Origin: a virus
Taxonomy: Duplodnaviria > Caudoviricetes
DNA: 62,337 nucleotides
IMG/VR virus record: IMGVR_UViG_3300036893_000002
Span: 1 to 62,337 of that record
Reading direction: 5' to 3' (one strand)
Shown here: positions 20,393 through 30,422 of the stretch, one piece after another
How positions within the stretch are numbered: position 1 is the stretch's first letter
Layout: the number at the start of each line of letters is the position of its first letter
Notes under the pieces: model-generated
What the model was told of the DNA's origin: nothing
Database searches by the model: none
The model's input: the letters and a program-made list of their open reading frames with translations, nothing else
Position numbers and translations under genes: made by a program

Positions 20393-21637
20393 TTATAATG
20401 TACGTCTAAACCAATCACAACTTACTAATGAAGGTCCATTACCACTTTCTAAGTCTAATCCAACACCTACTCTAGTTGGACCAGAGGTAAACCAAGCTGT
20501 TCTGCTCTCTTGGTACATTAAAAGAAAATTATGTCCATCATTAGAACAATAGTAATATAAATTAGTACCATCATCTTTGATACTTAAGTAAGCGGGAATA
20601 CTAATATTATAGGTATAACTTGGTTCGCTAGAATAGGATGTCGGACTGTTATAACGAAGTACTCCACAGTTCAGATATCCTGCACCATTTCCCATACTGA
20701 CTATAGCCATTTTTCCAGAGCTATCACTAATAACTAAACCTGAATTGCAATAATTCTGAGCTAAATGCATTGGACACCACTGAATTACGATTTGCCATGG
20801 TGTTCCAGGAGCAGCCTTATAAATATAAGACCAGCTAATACCACTATGGGCTGGAGTTGAAATACATAATAAACTATTAGCTACAGTTGCTGTAGTACTG
20901 CCTTGGTTTACCCAAGTCCAAGAACCAGACAAAGAAGAACCAGAAAATTCATCATCTACAGAACCTGCTGTAATAGGTAGTATATCAGGACTATGATATA
21001 GACTTGGTATAGCTATAGCATTTGGTAGATTATTAGTATCATAAGCCCCAAGTATATATTGATCAGTACTAGGAGTTCCTGTAGCCCCAGTAGGAACGAA
21101 AGTAAAAGTAATTGTTACAGCCTGGGATGTATCTAAGTTAGTAATCTGGTAATATATCATAGTAGATATACTAACATCAGCATTAAACCCAGGAGCTATA
21201 GGGCTCATAACCCAAGTAACTGGGAAAGAACCAGAAGTAACTTGAACATCACAACATAATCCATTCTGTGTATAAGCAGTTGGTAAAGTGCCCCAGGCTC
21301 TGGCAGCATCTGAAGCTTGGAAAGCAGCCGTAGAATAAAGCTCTACTCTTGCTTTGCAGGAGAAAGTTATTTCTAACAGATCAAAAGCATTAGCTATAGA
21401 TACAGATCCAGTAGCAATAGCATTAGTAGCCAGAGTACCTGTCGTAACTGAATTCGTACTTCTACCCGTTACAGATCCTGCGTTATTATCCCACTTACTT
21501 GTAGCAGAGTTATAGACTAATAGTTGCCCATTAGCTGGAGAGGAAATAGCTACGTCTGTAAGTCCAGCTAAAGTACTGGAACCCCCACTACCACCAGCCC
21601 CAACATTTTCAATAGAAGTTCCTGAAGGAGTAAGCAT
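20393..21637 (-). CDS. Fibre protein with C-terminal ConA-like lectin domain
   Basis: LAGLTDVAISSPANGQLLVYNSATSKW fibre motif; DDEFSGSSLSGSWTWVN opens a lectin-like domain. Confidence 0.55.
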   Translation of the reverse strand: MLTPSGTSIENVGAGGSGGSSTLAGLTDVAISSPANGQLLVYNSATSKWDNNAGSVTGRSTNSVTTGTLATNAIATGSVSIANAFDLLEITFSCKARVELYSTAAFQASDAARAWGTLPTAYTQNGLCCDVQVTSGSFPVTWVMSPIAPGFNADVSISTMIYYQITNLDTSQAVTITFTFVPTGATGTPSTDQYILGAYDTNNLPNAIAIPSLYHSPDILPITAGSVDDEFSGSSLSGSWTWVNQGSTTATVANSLLCISTPAHSGISWSYIYKAAPGTPWQIVIQWCPMHLAQNYCNSGLVISDSSGKMAIVSMGNGAGYLNCGVLRYNSPTSYSSEPSYTYNISIPAYLSIKDDGTNLYYYCSNDGHNFLLMYQESRTAWFTSGPTRVGVGLDLESGNGPSLVSCDWFRRTL

Positions 21638-21638
21638 A

Positions 21639-23225
21639 TTATGTTAACTCCGTTACTACAACAGTTCCTGTACTGGCTGAAATAGCATTAATAGCACCCT
21701 TCCACACATCAGTAACAAAACTACCACCAGTTCCATCATTAGCTGAGCTACAAGCTTTAAGAACAACCGCATAAGCTGTTATAGTAGGAGTTTGACCCAA
21801 CCCAAGGAATACAACAGTAGTCCCTGTATTAATAACTATAGCTTCTCGCCGTGCTGTATTTGATGCTAAGATAGAAGCACTACTAGAAGTTACAGATGTA
21901 GCAGCTGGGGAACTACTCGTAACTGAAGTAGGGGTTGTAACTACTAAAGCGGGATCTGTTGCTAAAGCAGAAGTACTGGCTGACTTAATAGTAGCCATAT
22001 TGGATTGTATAGTTGCATCTCGTAAAGCTATACCATTACCAATATAAGTTGTTGCTTCATTGATTGATTCAACAACTCTTACAGTAGCCGTGCCAGTCCA
22101 AGCAGCAGTAGATCTAATTCTAACATTAGTAAATCCAGCTGCGCTTCCTTGCCCTGTAAAGTTATTTGTAAATGAAGATGTTGAGTAGCTAGTCCCTGTT
22201 TGGTGAATTCCTTGTGCAATCCAAGTACTAGAATCAGGAGACCATTCTACAACAAGTGTGCCCGTCCAAGTTCCTGTAACAAGAAAGCGTACAGTATTAT
22301 ATCCAGTAGATAATGCAAAAGCCGCAGTTGACCCAGCTGTTGGAGTTCCTGTAATAAAAACTTGACTATTAGCATAGGTGTTTGTTACAGAATTTGTATC
22401 TTGGGCAGTTATATTTACAGTAGATGGGGAGGTATCATTAATTGTACCTAATCCTATATTCCAAGTTCCTGACTGAGTAACGCCACCAATTGTATTAGAA
22501 CCAGATGGTAGAGCGGGCAAGGTAGCTAAAGATACAGGTTGTGTAACTTGATAAAACGTGCCAGAAACAGGCAATGGATTACTAGCGGAAACACCTACAA
22601 GATTACCACCACTATTAAAACCAGTATATCCAGCATTAGCTGGGACAGCAGAGCCTGTGAGTCCTGCTGCTGTATTACCTGAAATAGAACCAGCAGCAAT
22701 GTTAATCTTTAGATATCCATTAGAGTCTACTTGAATAGCAGCTTGCTGTTGATTAGTAAGAGTTATAGGGGTTGTATTATACTGACCACCTATAAGTAAA
22801 GATTTGGAAGCAACAGTATTTGGAATAACAGGGCCAGAAGCATCAGTTGAAACTGTACCATTAACTGTAGTAAGAGGTGCTGTATCAACTATAACGTGAC
22901 CTATAACATTAGTACCTGAAGGTAATGCTGGTAATGTAGCAATCGTTACAGCTACAGCAGAGTTAGTGATATTAACATTCTGAGTACTTGGGAAGTTAGA
23001 GACAGAAACACTTCCCTGTATGTAACCAGGATGACCAGAGGTTAAAAGTATATTAGTACCGTCTGTAATTTCTACCGAGGCTGGGAAATTACCAACACTT
23101 ACTGTTCCTGTAACAGTAACTGTCCCATCTATAAGATGATGTGGAGTATGAACTCCCGCAGTCTGAGTAGTTATTAGAGTTTGTACTGCGCTATTACTAT
23201 CTAATATAGTTATATTATTTGGCAT
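21639..23225 (-). CDS. Thr/Ser-rich fibre protein
   Basis: Internal repeats VSVGNFPA/VSVSNFPS and ATLPALPSG(T/S)N(V/T)IG twice. Confidence 0.5.
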   Translation of the reverse strand: MPNNITILDSNSAVQTLITTQTAGVHTPHHLIDGTVTVTGTVSVGNFPASVEITDGTNILLTSGHPGYIQGSVSVSNFPSTQNVNITNSAVAVTIATLPALPSGTNVIGHVIVDTAPLTTVNGTVSTDASGPVIPNTVASKSLLIGGQYNTTPITLTNQQQAAIQVDSNGYLKINIAAGSISGNTAAGLTGSAVPANAGYTGFNSGGNLVGVSASNPLPVSGTFYQVTQPVSLATLPALPSGSNTIGGVTQSGTWNIGLGTINDTSPSTVNITAQDTNSVTNTYANSQVFITGTPTAGSTAAFALSTGYNTVRFLVTGTWTGTLVVEWSPDSSTWIAQGIHQTGTSYSTSSFTNNFTGQGSAAGFTNVRIRSTAAWTGTATVRVVESINEATTYIGNGIALRDATIQSNMATIKSASTSALATDPALVVTTPTSVTSSSPAATSVTSSSASILASNTARREAIVINTGTTVVFLGLGQTPTITAYAVVLKACSSANDGTGGSFVTDVWKGAINAISASTGTVVVTELT

Positions 23226-26200
23226 TAGAATCCAAGAGTAACAAGTTCACCACTCTGACAAGGTACATTGAAAGTAAGTCTACCAGTGGCACAAGCATTT
23301 GCTACAGGACCGTTGATGTATAAAGTATCAATATGTCGTCTAGAAACAGTAGCATTATAATAGAATATGTCTATATAATCCCAACCTCCACCACTTGGAG
23401 TGTATGTCAAATAGTATCTACCATCTTGTTTATCAATTATAGATATACTATCGGAACAGGGTGAATTATTCCTATCAAACAAAATAGTATTAGCACTATA
23501 CTCATAACTAAGAGGTGTACCTGGATTAACATTAAAGCTACCTATAGTTAGTCCTGTAACTGGGTTACCACTACTATCTAATATACGGAATGCTATATAC
23601 CTAAGCTTACCGATTGCACCTTCTTCTTTCATGTGGCTATATACAGTTGTAGTAGAACCAACTGAGCCACCCGTTCCTGTTGCAGTTACATTATCAACAG
23701 TACTATTTAAAACTAAACTACCAGTTGTTATACCAGCAGTTCCATAAGAGATAACTGGTTCGGTGCTAAATGTTAAACCAGTACTGCTGACGAATACATC
23801 AACACTAACGGAAGGTGTAACAGATCCTACACTGCTATTAAGTATATTACCTGTAACAGCTATAGTAGCATTGCCACTCGTGGAAACAGAATCTACGGAA
23901 CTGGTAATTACTAAGGAACCGTAAGGATCGTTATTTATAATACCATCAGCAGATATAACAACGGATGCGACCGATGATATTATTGTATTACTAGTAACTT
24001 GGGTAGATTCACCGACATTTACATTACCCATACTACTGGTAATAGCAGATCCAGTAACTGCTATAGAAGCATTACCAGATTCACTTACTGTTTCACAACT
24101 GGAAGTTATTACATTTCCAGTCCCAGCTATAGTACCACTACCAACTTCGGATGGCGAACCAGTAGAAGAGGTAATAGAAGAACCTATTACACCAATAGAG
24201 GCTGTACCGGTCTCAGAGATAGAACCTGTTGCGCTTGTTACATTATTACCAGACGCAGCTATATTAGCCGCACCAGATTCGGTAACAGTCCCAGTAGAAC
24301 TTGTAGTGGTACTACCAGTAACACTTGTAGTAGCAGAACCAGACTCACTAACTGTTCCTACACTACTGGTGGTCGTAGAACCAGTTACAGAGATAGTTGA
24401 AGTACTACTCTCAGTAATAGTTCCCGTTGAGCTGGTAAGGGTGTTTCCAGTAACAGCTATAGAACTACTATCTGATTCAGTAGTTCCCATAACTGAACTA
24501 GTAATAACATTACCAGTAGCAGCGATTGTAGCCGAACCTATTTCAGTACAAGACCCAACACTACTTGTGATAGTGTTAGAAGTTCCAGCTATAGTGGAAG
24601 TACCAGTTTCTGTAGTTGATCCTGTAGAACTGGTAATTGAAACACCAGATACAGATTCAGAGGCATTTCCTTTAGGAGCGACAGATCCAATAGAGCTTGT
24701 TACTATATTACCGGTAGCAGCAATAGTTGCTGTACCGCTTTCACTAACAGAACCAATAGAACTGGTAATCGTGTTACCAGTCACAGCAATAGAAGCAGTT
24801 CCAGTTTCAGTAGTAGTTCCAGTAGATGAGGTAATGGAATTACTAGTAGCAGCTATTGAGGCATTTCCTTTAGCTGTTACTGAACTGACTGAACTAGTTA
24901 AAGTGTTGCTTGTAGCAGCAATACTGGCAGTTCCAGTTTCAGAAATTGTTCCAGTAGAGCTGGTTATTGTATTGCCAGTCTGAGTAGTATTAGCTGCTCC
25001 AGACTCAGTAACATTACCTATACTGCTGGTTAGAGTATTACCTGTTGCAGCTATTGTTACAATGCTACTTGCAGTTACAGTGCCAATAGAACTGGTTATT
25101 ATATTACCAGTAACATTAGTAGTAGCTGTGCTAGTTTCAGATACATTCCCAGTCGAACTGGTTATCGTTGAACCAGTTGCTGCAATTAAACCTGTACCTG
25201 TTTCAGTAGTATTACCAATCGAGCTGGTAATAGAAGAACCAGTGACTGCCTTAGTAGCAGTACCTGTTTCGGTGACAGTTCCTGTACTGGAAGTTATAGT
25301 ATTCGCAGTTACATTTACTGGAGCACTACCTGATACTGTTACAGACCCAATAGTAGAAGTAACAGTATTACCTGTCGCTGCTATATTGGCTGTACCAGTT
25401 TCAGTTGTAGTACCGGTGCTACTTGTAATAGTATTGGCAGTAGCCCCAATACTATCGCTAGCACTATCAGATACAACTCCAGCAGTACTTGTTAATATAC
25501 TTCCAGTGACAGCAATAGTAGCTGTACCAGAATCAGAAACCGTGCCAGTAGAAGAAGTAACCGTTAATCCAGAAACTGCCTCATTAGCAGAACCTTTTGC
25601 AGTAACTGAACTTACAGAAGAGGTTATAGAATTACTTGTTACATTTACAGGAGCTGAGCCCGATTCAGTTATAGTTCCAGTACTGCTGGTAATAGTATTA
25701 CCAGTCTGGGCAATGTTTGCTGTACCAGATTCAGTTGAAATCCCAGTACTGGTAGTAACATTATTTCCAATCTGAGCAATATTTGCTGAGCCAGATTCTG
25801 AAACAGATCCTACTGAGAAAGTTACAGTTGAACCAGTAACCGCTATCGTAGATGAATTACTTACAACTACTGTATCAGTAGAGGAAGTAATAACATTACT
25901 AGTTGCAGCAATAGAAGAAGATACAGCTGCTATAACAGTCCCTACTGAAGAAGTTATAGTGTTGCCAGTAACAGCAACTGATGCTGAACCAACTTCAGTA
26001 GTATTACTAGTAGAAGATGTAACTGTATTACTAGTCTGAGTTATTGTAGCTGACCCAGATTCGGTAACAGTACTAGTACTGGAAGTTATTGTATTAGAAG
26101 TCTGGGAAGTAGAAGCAGAACCAACTTCAGATGGAGTTCCAGTACTACTTGTAATAGTATTGCTTGTAACGGCAATACTACTAGAACCTACTAATGTAAC

Positions 26201-26578
26201 TGATCCAACACTAGAAGTTACATTGTTACCAGTAACTGCTATATTAGCAGTTCCAGTTTCAGTAGTTGACCCAATAGAGGAAGTAATACTAGAACCTGTG
26301 GCAGCTGAAGTAGCTGATCCAGATTCGGTTGTATTACCAATAGAAGAGGTTGCTGTATTACCAGAAACTGATACAATTGCAGTTCCTGTTTCAGTTATAG
26401 ACGCAGCTGAAGAAATAATAGTTAGCTCAGAAGCAATTTGAGCAACTGCAACTGAAGCATCGCCAGTAATAGTTACTGAATATACTGAACTAGTTATAAC
26501 ACACGGAGTAGCATTTACAGTAACGCTTTGTGCATTGCCCCAAACAGCTTCTTGTCCAAGCAACGCTACTGTGGGCAT
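23225..26578 (-). CDS. Repeat protein (about 40 x 22-aa Thr/Ser repeats), probable beta-rich fibre
   Basis: Consensus about SIAVTGNTITSSTGTVTESGTA; C-terminal domain paralogous to the N-terminus of 29782-30393. Confidence 0.65.
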   Translation of the reverse strand: MPTVALLGQEAVWGNAQSVTVNATPCVITSSVYSVTITGDASVAVAQIASELTIISSAASITETGTAIVSVSGNTATSSIGNTTESGSATSAATGSSITSSIGSTTETGTANIAVTGNNVTSSVGSVTLVGSSSIAVTSNTITSSTGTPSEVGSASTSQTSNTITSSTSTVTESGSATITQTSNTVTSSTSNTTEVGSASVAVTGNTITSSVGTVIAAVSSSIAATSNVITSSTDTVVVSNSSTIAVTGSTVTFSVGSVSESGSANIAQIGNNVTTSTGISTESGTANIAQTGNTITSSTGTITESGSAPVNVTSNSITSSVSSVTAKGSANEAVSGLTVTSSTGTVSDSGTATIAVTGSILTSTAGVVSDSASDSIGATANTITSSTGTTTETGTANIAATGNTVTSTIGSVTVSGSAPVNVTANTITSSTGTVTETGTATKAVTGSSITSSIGNTTETGTGLIAATGSTITSSTGNVSETSTATTNVTGNIITSSIGTVTASSIVTIAATGNTLTSSIGNVTESGAANTTQTGNTITSSTGTISETGTASIAATSNTLTSSVSSVTAKGNASIAATSNSITSSTGTTTETGTASIAVTGNTITSSIGSVSESGTATIAATGNIVTSSIGSVAPKGNASESVSGVSITSSTGSTTETGTSTIAGTSNTITSSVGSCTEIGSATIAATGNVITSSVMGTTESDSSSIAVTGNTLTSSTGTITESSTSTISVTGSTTTSSVGTVSESGSATTSVTGSTTTSSTGTVTESGAANIAASGNNVTSATGSISETGTASIGVIGSSITSSTGSPSEVGSGTIAGTGNVITSSCETVSESGNASIAVTGSAITSSMGNVNVGESTQVTSNTIISSVASVVISADGIINNDPYGSLVITSSVDSVSTSGNATIAVTGNILNSSVGSVTPSVSVDVFVSSTGLTFSTEPVISYGTAGITTGSLVLNSTVDNVTATGTGGSVGSTTTVYSHMKEEGAIGKLRYIAFRILDSSGNPVTGLTIGSFNVNPGTPLSYEYSANTILFDRNNSPCSDSISIIDKQDGRYYLTYTPSGGGWDYIDIFYYNATVSRRHIDTLYINGPVANACATGRLTFNVPCQSGELVTLGF
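23690..26500 (-). repeat. Degenerate 66-bp coding tandem repeat
   Basis: The ITSS/VTSS/LTSS anchor recurs every 22 codons; end points approximate. Confidence 0.75.
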
Positions 26579-26627
26579 ACACTTCTCCGTTTAATTATTG
26601 GAATTCTATAATTCTCACTCCTTCAGT

Positions 26628-27335
26628 TTATAGAGGTATTTCTTCCCACATAATACTGCTAGCAACGCTGATAGCCACAGGTGTAGTTGTAGCAAAGAGA
26701 CCTAAAATTGCTCCGGGAGGTACAATAAAACTTCCATCTATATTTTCAACAGCAGTAGATGGGGCTGGAGTTTGGAAACCTACTGCAGTACCAAGTAAAG
26801 CAGTATTATACATAGGTATACTTAAAGCAGAAGCTGCTACTATGTTTCCAGTATTGTTTAATCCAGTCAAAGCTACACCAGGTAACCCTTTAGCCTGAGC
26901 TCCAGATTGTAACATAGTTTTACGGTTAAAAGGCACTACAGCAGTTGTTAAAGCTGATGTTTGACCAGTGTAAGCAACCCATACTAAAGGCCCAGTACCT
27001 GTAGCCTGTAGAGCGGTCATTACCATAGAACAAACAGCTTGTAATACCACAGCATTAACGGTAGATGTGTACGGATTATATATACCACATATAGGGGTGG
27101 AAGTAGCAGCAGTAGCCAAAGTAGCACTGGTAGCATCAGCAGTGGTAAATGTAGCATTGGTTATGGCAGTAACGGTAAGAGGGCTGGAAAAGACTACCCC
27201 ACGATAAGTCGCTTCTTCAAAGCGACTACCAACGTCTTGAGATACTAATCCACCTTTACGAGCTCCTCTTAGTTCGGGATAAGTACCATCCTGAGCTGTG
27301 ATAATACCTGGTTTAACTCTTATAATTTGTGCCAT
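26628..27335 (-). CDS. Virion structural/decoration protein
   Basis: Ala/Thr-rich, ending FIVPPG..SIMWEEIPL; GAGGA RBS. Confidence 0.45.
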   Translation of the reverse strand: MAQIIRVKPGIITAQDGTYPELRGARKGGLVSQDVGSRFEEATYRGVVFSSPLTVTAITNATFTTADATSATLATAATSTPICGIYNPYTSTVNAVVLQAVCSMVMTALQATGTGPLVWVAYTGQTSALTTAVVPFNRKTMLQSGAQAKGLPGVALTGLNNTGNIVAASALSIPMYNTALLGTAVGFQTPAPSTAVENIDGSFIVPPGAILGLFATTTPVAISVASSIMWEEIPL

Positions 27336-27345
27336 TTTTTCCTCT

Positions 27346-27681
27346 TTATGATTCTTCTATATTTTCAGTATCGGGGGAGTCTATTTCAAAGTTTTCTCCT
27401 AGGTCTTGTGTTTCATCTAACGTCCCAGGAACAGCCCCAGCTTCTAATAACATTCTAATTATTTGAATTTCCTTTAAGATAGCTGCCAGAACAGGAACCA
27501 TCCCATCTGTATCTGACTGACCAGATATACTATTCTGAGGGATAACAAATTCACGACTGAGTTGCAGTCCTGTATCTGGATCAATACCTAGCATTTCAGA
27601 ATCAAGTTCTACTGCTGGAGTAACAGGATTCTGATACCCTATGGCAGTTCCTTCACTTAGGAAACTATTATTATCGGGCAT
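27346..27681 (-). CDS. Acidic hypothetical protein
   Basis: 111-aa ORF tightly packed in the operon. Confidence 0.5.
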   Translation of the reverse strand: MPDNNSFLSEGTAIGYQNPVTPAVELDSEMLGIDPDTGLQLSREFVIPQNSISGQSDTDGMVPVLAAILKEIQIIRMLLEAGAVPGTLDETQDLGENFEIDSPDTENIEES

Positions 27682-27685
27682 TGGT

Positions 27686-28408
27686 TTATGCTAACTGGAG
27701 AACTGCGTTACCTGCTGTCTGAGCTGGAAAAGTAATAGTAAAAGTCCCGCTAGTAGAAGAGATAGTGCTACCAAATGCTAGAACTAACACAGAAGGCTGT
27801 CCACCTAATGAAGCATTATAAATCAAAGCACCGGCTGCTGATATAGTAGCTGAAGTCCAAGAAATAGTAGCAAAAGTAGCACAAGCAGTTGATGTGCTAA
27901 GTACTGGAGTAGTGCTAACTAAAGCCATAGCATTACCAACTAAGGTACCACCAGGACCAAGACCACCGGTAACATAAGTACCTGTTGAAGTCTGTTCATT
28001 TGAAGAAGTATAGGCTGTTGTGCTGGCTCCCAAAGAGGCTGAAGCTGTATAAAGAGCAATAGCAAACACATTGCTGGTAGCAAATACTGTACCCATACCT
28101 CCTGAGTTAGCTCCATTTGGGTTGGTTACTGTAACAGTAGTAGCTGTTGAAGCTACACACATAAACGTACCGTTATTAGCAGCTGTACCAAAACCACTAA
28201 AGCAAAGGGTTAAACCAGCATAAGCATTAGCAGTACCATTAGTAAATGTTCCAGTATATACGGTTGTAGCTGTACCATTAGGCCCTAATGAACCTGAAGC
28301 AGCAGCTACAGATGAGACTGTATTGGTACCAGTAAGCACAGTAAAGTTGTGCATACCTTGTAACAGCTGGGTTTTAAATGAGTTACATACTGCCTGTGTA
28401 ATAGCCAT
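27686..28408 (-). CDS. Virion structural protein with inserted ANNGTF beta module
   Basis: MAITQAVCNSFKTQLL..F.IALYT..Y..GG..ISWTSATISAAGALIYN..GTFTITFP resembles a common phage structural family. Confidence 0.55.
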   Translation of the reverse strand: MAITQAVCNSFKTQLLQGMHNFTVLTGTNTVSSVAAASGSLGPNGTATTVYTGTFTNGTANAYAGLTLCFSGFGTAANNGTFMCVASTATTVTVTNPNGANSGGMGTVFATSNVFAIALYTASASLGASTTAYTSSNEQTSTGTYVTGGLGPGGTLVGNAMALVSTTPVLSTSTACATFATISWTSATISAAGALIYNASLGGQPSVLVLAFGSTISSTSGTFTITFPAQTAGNAVLQLA

Positions 28409-28411
28409 TTA

Positions 28412-28582
28412 TTATTCTCCTGTCCTTGAGCCCATCATAGCAGCTTCATCGACTATTACATTTATATCCTTTCGTAATAGTTCATTAGTCTCTGGATGGT
28501 AGTATTCTGTAGTTACTAAATCTCCGGCTGGAATCTTAGCTCGGGTTTCTTTCTTGATTTCATGACCTTGAAGTTCATACAT
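28412..28582 (-). CDS. Small hypothetical protein (56 aa, not in ORF track)
   Basis: MYELQGHEIKKETRAKIPAGDLVTTEYYHPE...GSRTGE fills the gap between two genes; AGGA RBS-like sequence upstream. Confidence 0.6.
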   Translation of the reverse strand: MYELQGHEIKKETRAKIPAGDLVTTEYYHPETNELLRKDINVIVDEAAMMGSRTGE

Positions 28583-28584
28583 AT

Positions 28585-29004
28585 TTAATGTCCTGGTGGT
28601 GGATAATGTATTCCTAAATAAGTTAGCACCGTGCTGATAATAAAAACAATAGTTGCTCCCACTCCGCTAAACCAATTAACCTTGGAGTCTAATTCAGTAT
28701 GCTTCTGTACTAATTCTTTGAAGTCACTTTCATCTACTTTATTATTTACTTTATCTGCCAGTAAAAGATGACTATCATTCAAATACTTCAAAGCACCTGG
28801 TTGGTTATCTTTACCAAATAGGCGCTCATTCATAGTTTCCAGAATAGTCTCTTGTCTTGTAGAGACTTCAGTAAACCTTTGATTAAGTGCTTCTATCTTG
28901 TCAGACAAATCTTGTGATTTTACATCTATTTTATCAGATAGACCTGCTGATTTCGTATCTATCTTATCGGACAAAGCCTTACGCTGACTTTCTGAATCAG
29001 ACAT
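28585..29004 (-). CDS. Coiled-coil protein with C-terminal TM helix (holin/XhlA-like candidate)
   Basis: LSDKID three times; TM segment WFSGVGATIVFIISTVLTYLGI; about 3 kb from the endolysin. Confidence 0.4.
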   Translation of the reverse strand: MSDSESQRKALSDKIDTKSAGLSDKIDVKSQDLSDKIEALNQRFTEVSTRQETILETMNERLFGKDNQPGALKYLNDSHLLLADKVNNKVDESDFKELVQKHTELDSKVNWFSGVGATIVFIISTVLTYLGIHYPPPGH

Positions 29005-29013
29005 ATTAGTCTC

Positions 29014-29781
29014 CTAGTACGAGGGTACCCTTGGCCAGGAAACCATAACGGTAGGTCCAAAGTACCTACCTATACGAGCGCCAGTAACTACAGGGGAATA
29101 GAATTTAACTGTTTTAGATCTACCGCCAGCAGAGCTAACACCCGTCATAGAGTATGTGTTGGCACCTGGGCCAGAATTCAACCACGTACGGCCTGGGGTA
29201 TTGTCAGAATCATCGTAAAGGCCCTTGGCAGCCATTCTGGGCTTCACATGACCCTTATGGCCTATATTGCCTCCACTCTTTACTGCTATCTCCCATTCAT
29301 CCATCTGTGACTTTAAATCTTTTAACTTACCAGGCATTCCTGAATCAGTTGAGAAGTCTTGTCTACCTACGGATAGATTACCTAATGTCCTATTACCTCG
29401 TACACCATTTAAGTCAAACATATTAAGCATTAACTGGTGAGCTGCGTTATAGGTAACCCAAAGCTGTCTTGCCATTAAGAAGTTCCTGAAGTGGACTTCT
29501 TGGAAGTCAGTAAAAGGAGCATAGGAAGGAGGAATCATAGGCAATGAATATGTAATAGCATCTACTTGTTTACTTGCCCAGTAAATCATTCCAGCTATCG
29601 TAAGATCAGAAAGCTTCCTAAGATAGATTCCACCATTTAGTCTTACAAGGTCAGTTGATGAATAATACGGAGACAAACCACTAGCAACCTGAAACTGAAT
29701 AGCTTCAGTTAGAACAGCTCCATTTACCAAGCCGAAACCACTAGGTAATTGAATTGTACAAACTAAGTTAGATTGGCTCAA
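29014..29781 (-). CDS. Putative head-tail adaptor/neck protein
   Basis: Helical N-terminus and RTLGNLSVGR hairpin-like motif; position after the capsid genes. Confidence 0.45.
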   Translation of the reverse strand: MSQSNLVCTIQLPSGFGLVNGAVLTEAIQFQVASGLSPYYSSTDLVRLNGGIYLRKLSDLTIAGMIYWASKQVDAITYSLPMIPPSYAPFTDFQEVHFRNFLMARQLWVTYNAAHQLMLNMFDLNGVRGNRTLGNLSVGRQDFSTDSGMPGKLKDLKSQMDEWEIAVKSGGNIGHKGHVKPRMAAKGLYDDSDNTPGRTWLNSGPGANTYSMTGVSSAGGRSKTVKFYSPVVTGARIGRYFGPTVMVSWPRVPSY

Positions 29782-30393
29782 TTAAGTCACCGATACAAAG
29801 GGATATAGTACAACCGTAATATTTCCATTTACTAATACGATATGAACTGTATTGGGAGTAACTACATTTATAGAATTAACCCAATCACCATTAGTCATAA
29901 CAGGTGTATTACCTAAAGCATTATAAGACTTAGTCTTACCTAAAGTCCAATCACTAGATAGAAATACATATAAAGAGTACAGATTTGGTTTAGGTAATGT
30001 AACTCTATATTGGCCTGGAGATCCATAATCTTGATTTAATACAGCCACATTGCTGGCCGCTGTAGCTGAAGGTGATTCAATATCATCTTCATCAATACGC
30101 CTATAACTCTCAGCAGCTACCCAAATATCTACATAGTCATGCCCCATAGATGAAGGGGTATACATAATTGCATAACGCCCATCTGAGAAATTATGGAAGC
30201 TTATGACATCTGAACAGGGTGCAGAATTTCGCTCAAATATAATAGTATTCTGTGTAGGAGAATACTCGTCGGTTTCTTCAGTACTAGCTGGACTTGGGTT
30301 GATAACAAAGCTACCAAGTGTAATGTTAGTAACAGGAGTGCTACCATTCAATACACGAAAATCAATATACCTGGTTTGGCCTACATAACCCAT
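29782..30393 (-). CDS. Structural protein sharing a domain with the C-terminus of the repeat fibre
   Basis: RYIDFRVL..NTIIFERNSAPCSD..DGRY..YTPS..DYVDI. Confidence 0.55.
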   Translation of the reverse strand: MGYVGQTRYIDFRVLNGSTPVTNITLGSFVINPSPASTEETDEYSPTQNTIIFERNSAPCSDVISFHNFSDGRYAIMYTPSSMGHDYVDIWVAAESYRRIDEDDIESPSATAASNVAVLNQDYGSPGQYRVTLPKPNLYSLYVFLSSDWTLGKTKSYNALGNTPVMTNGDWVNSINVVTPNTVHIVLVNGNITVVLYPFVSVT

Positions 30394-30403
30394 TTTATCT
30401 CTC

Positions 30404-30415
30404 CTGGTTAGTATA
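30404..30415 (-). promoter_or_regulatory. TATACTAACCAG motif, copy 3
   Basis: Exact 12-mer, intergenic, running directly into the AGGAG RBS of 30393. Confidence 0.7.
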
Positions 30416-30422
30416 GATTATG

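Noticed and set aside
23999-26898. Long Val/Pro/Glu-rich plus-strand ORFs
   Set aside because: They are the reverse complement of Thr/Ser/Gly repeat codons, which rarely create stops.
15940-28408. Diversity-generating retroelement acting on the fibre genes
   Set aside because: No reverse transcriptase and no near-identical adenine-variant repeat pair seen in this window.
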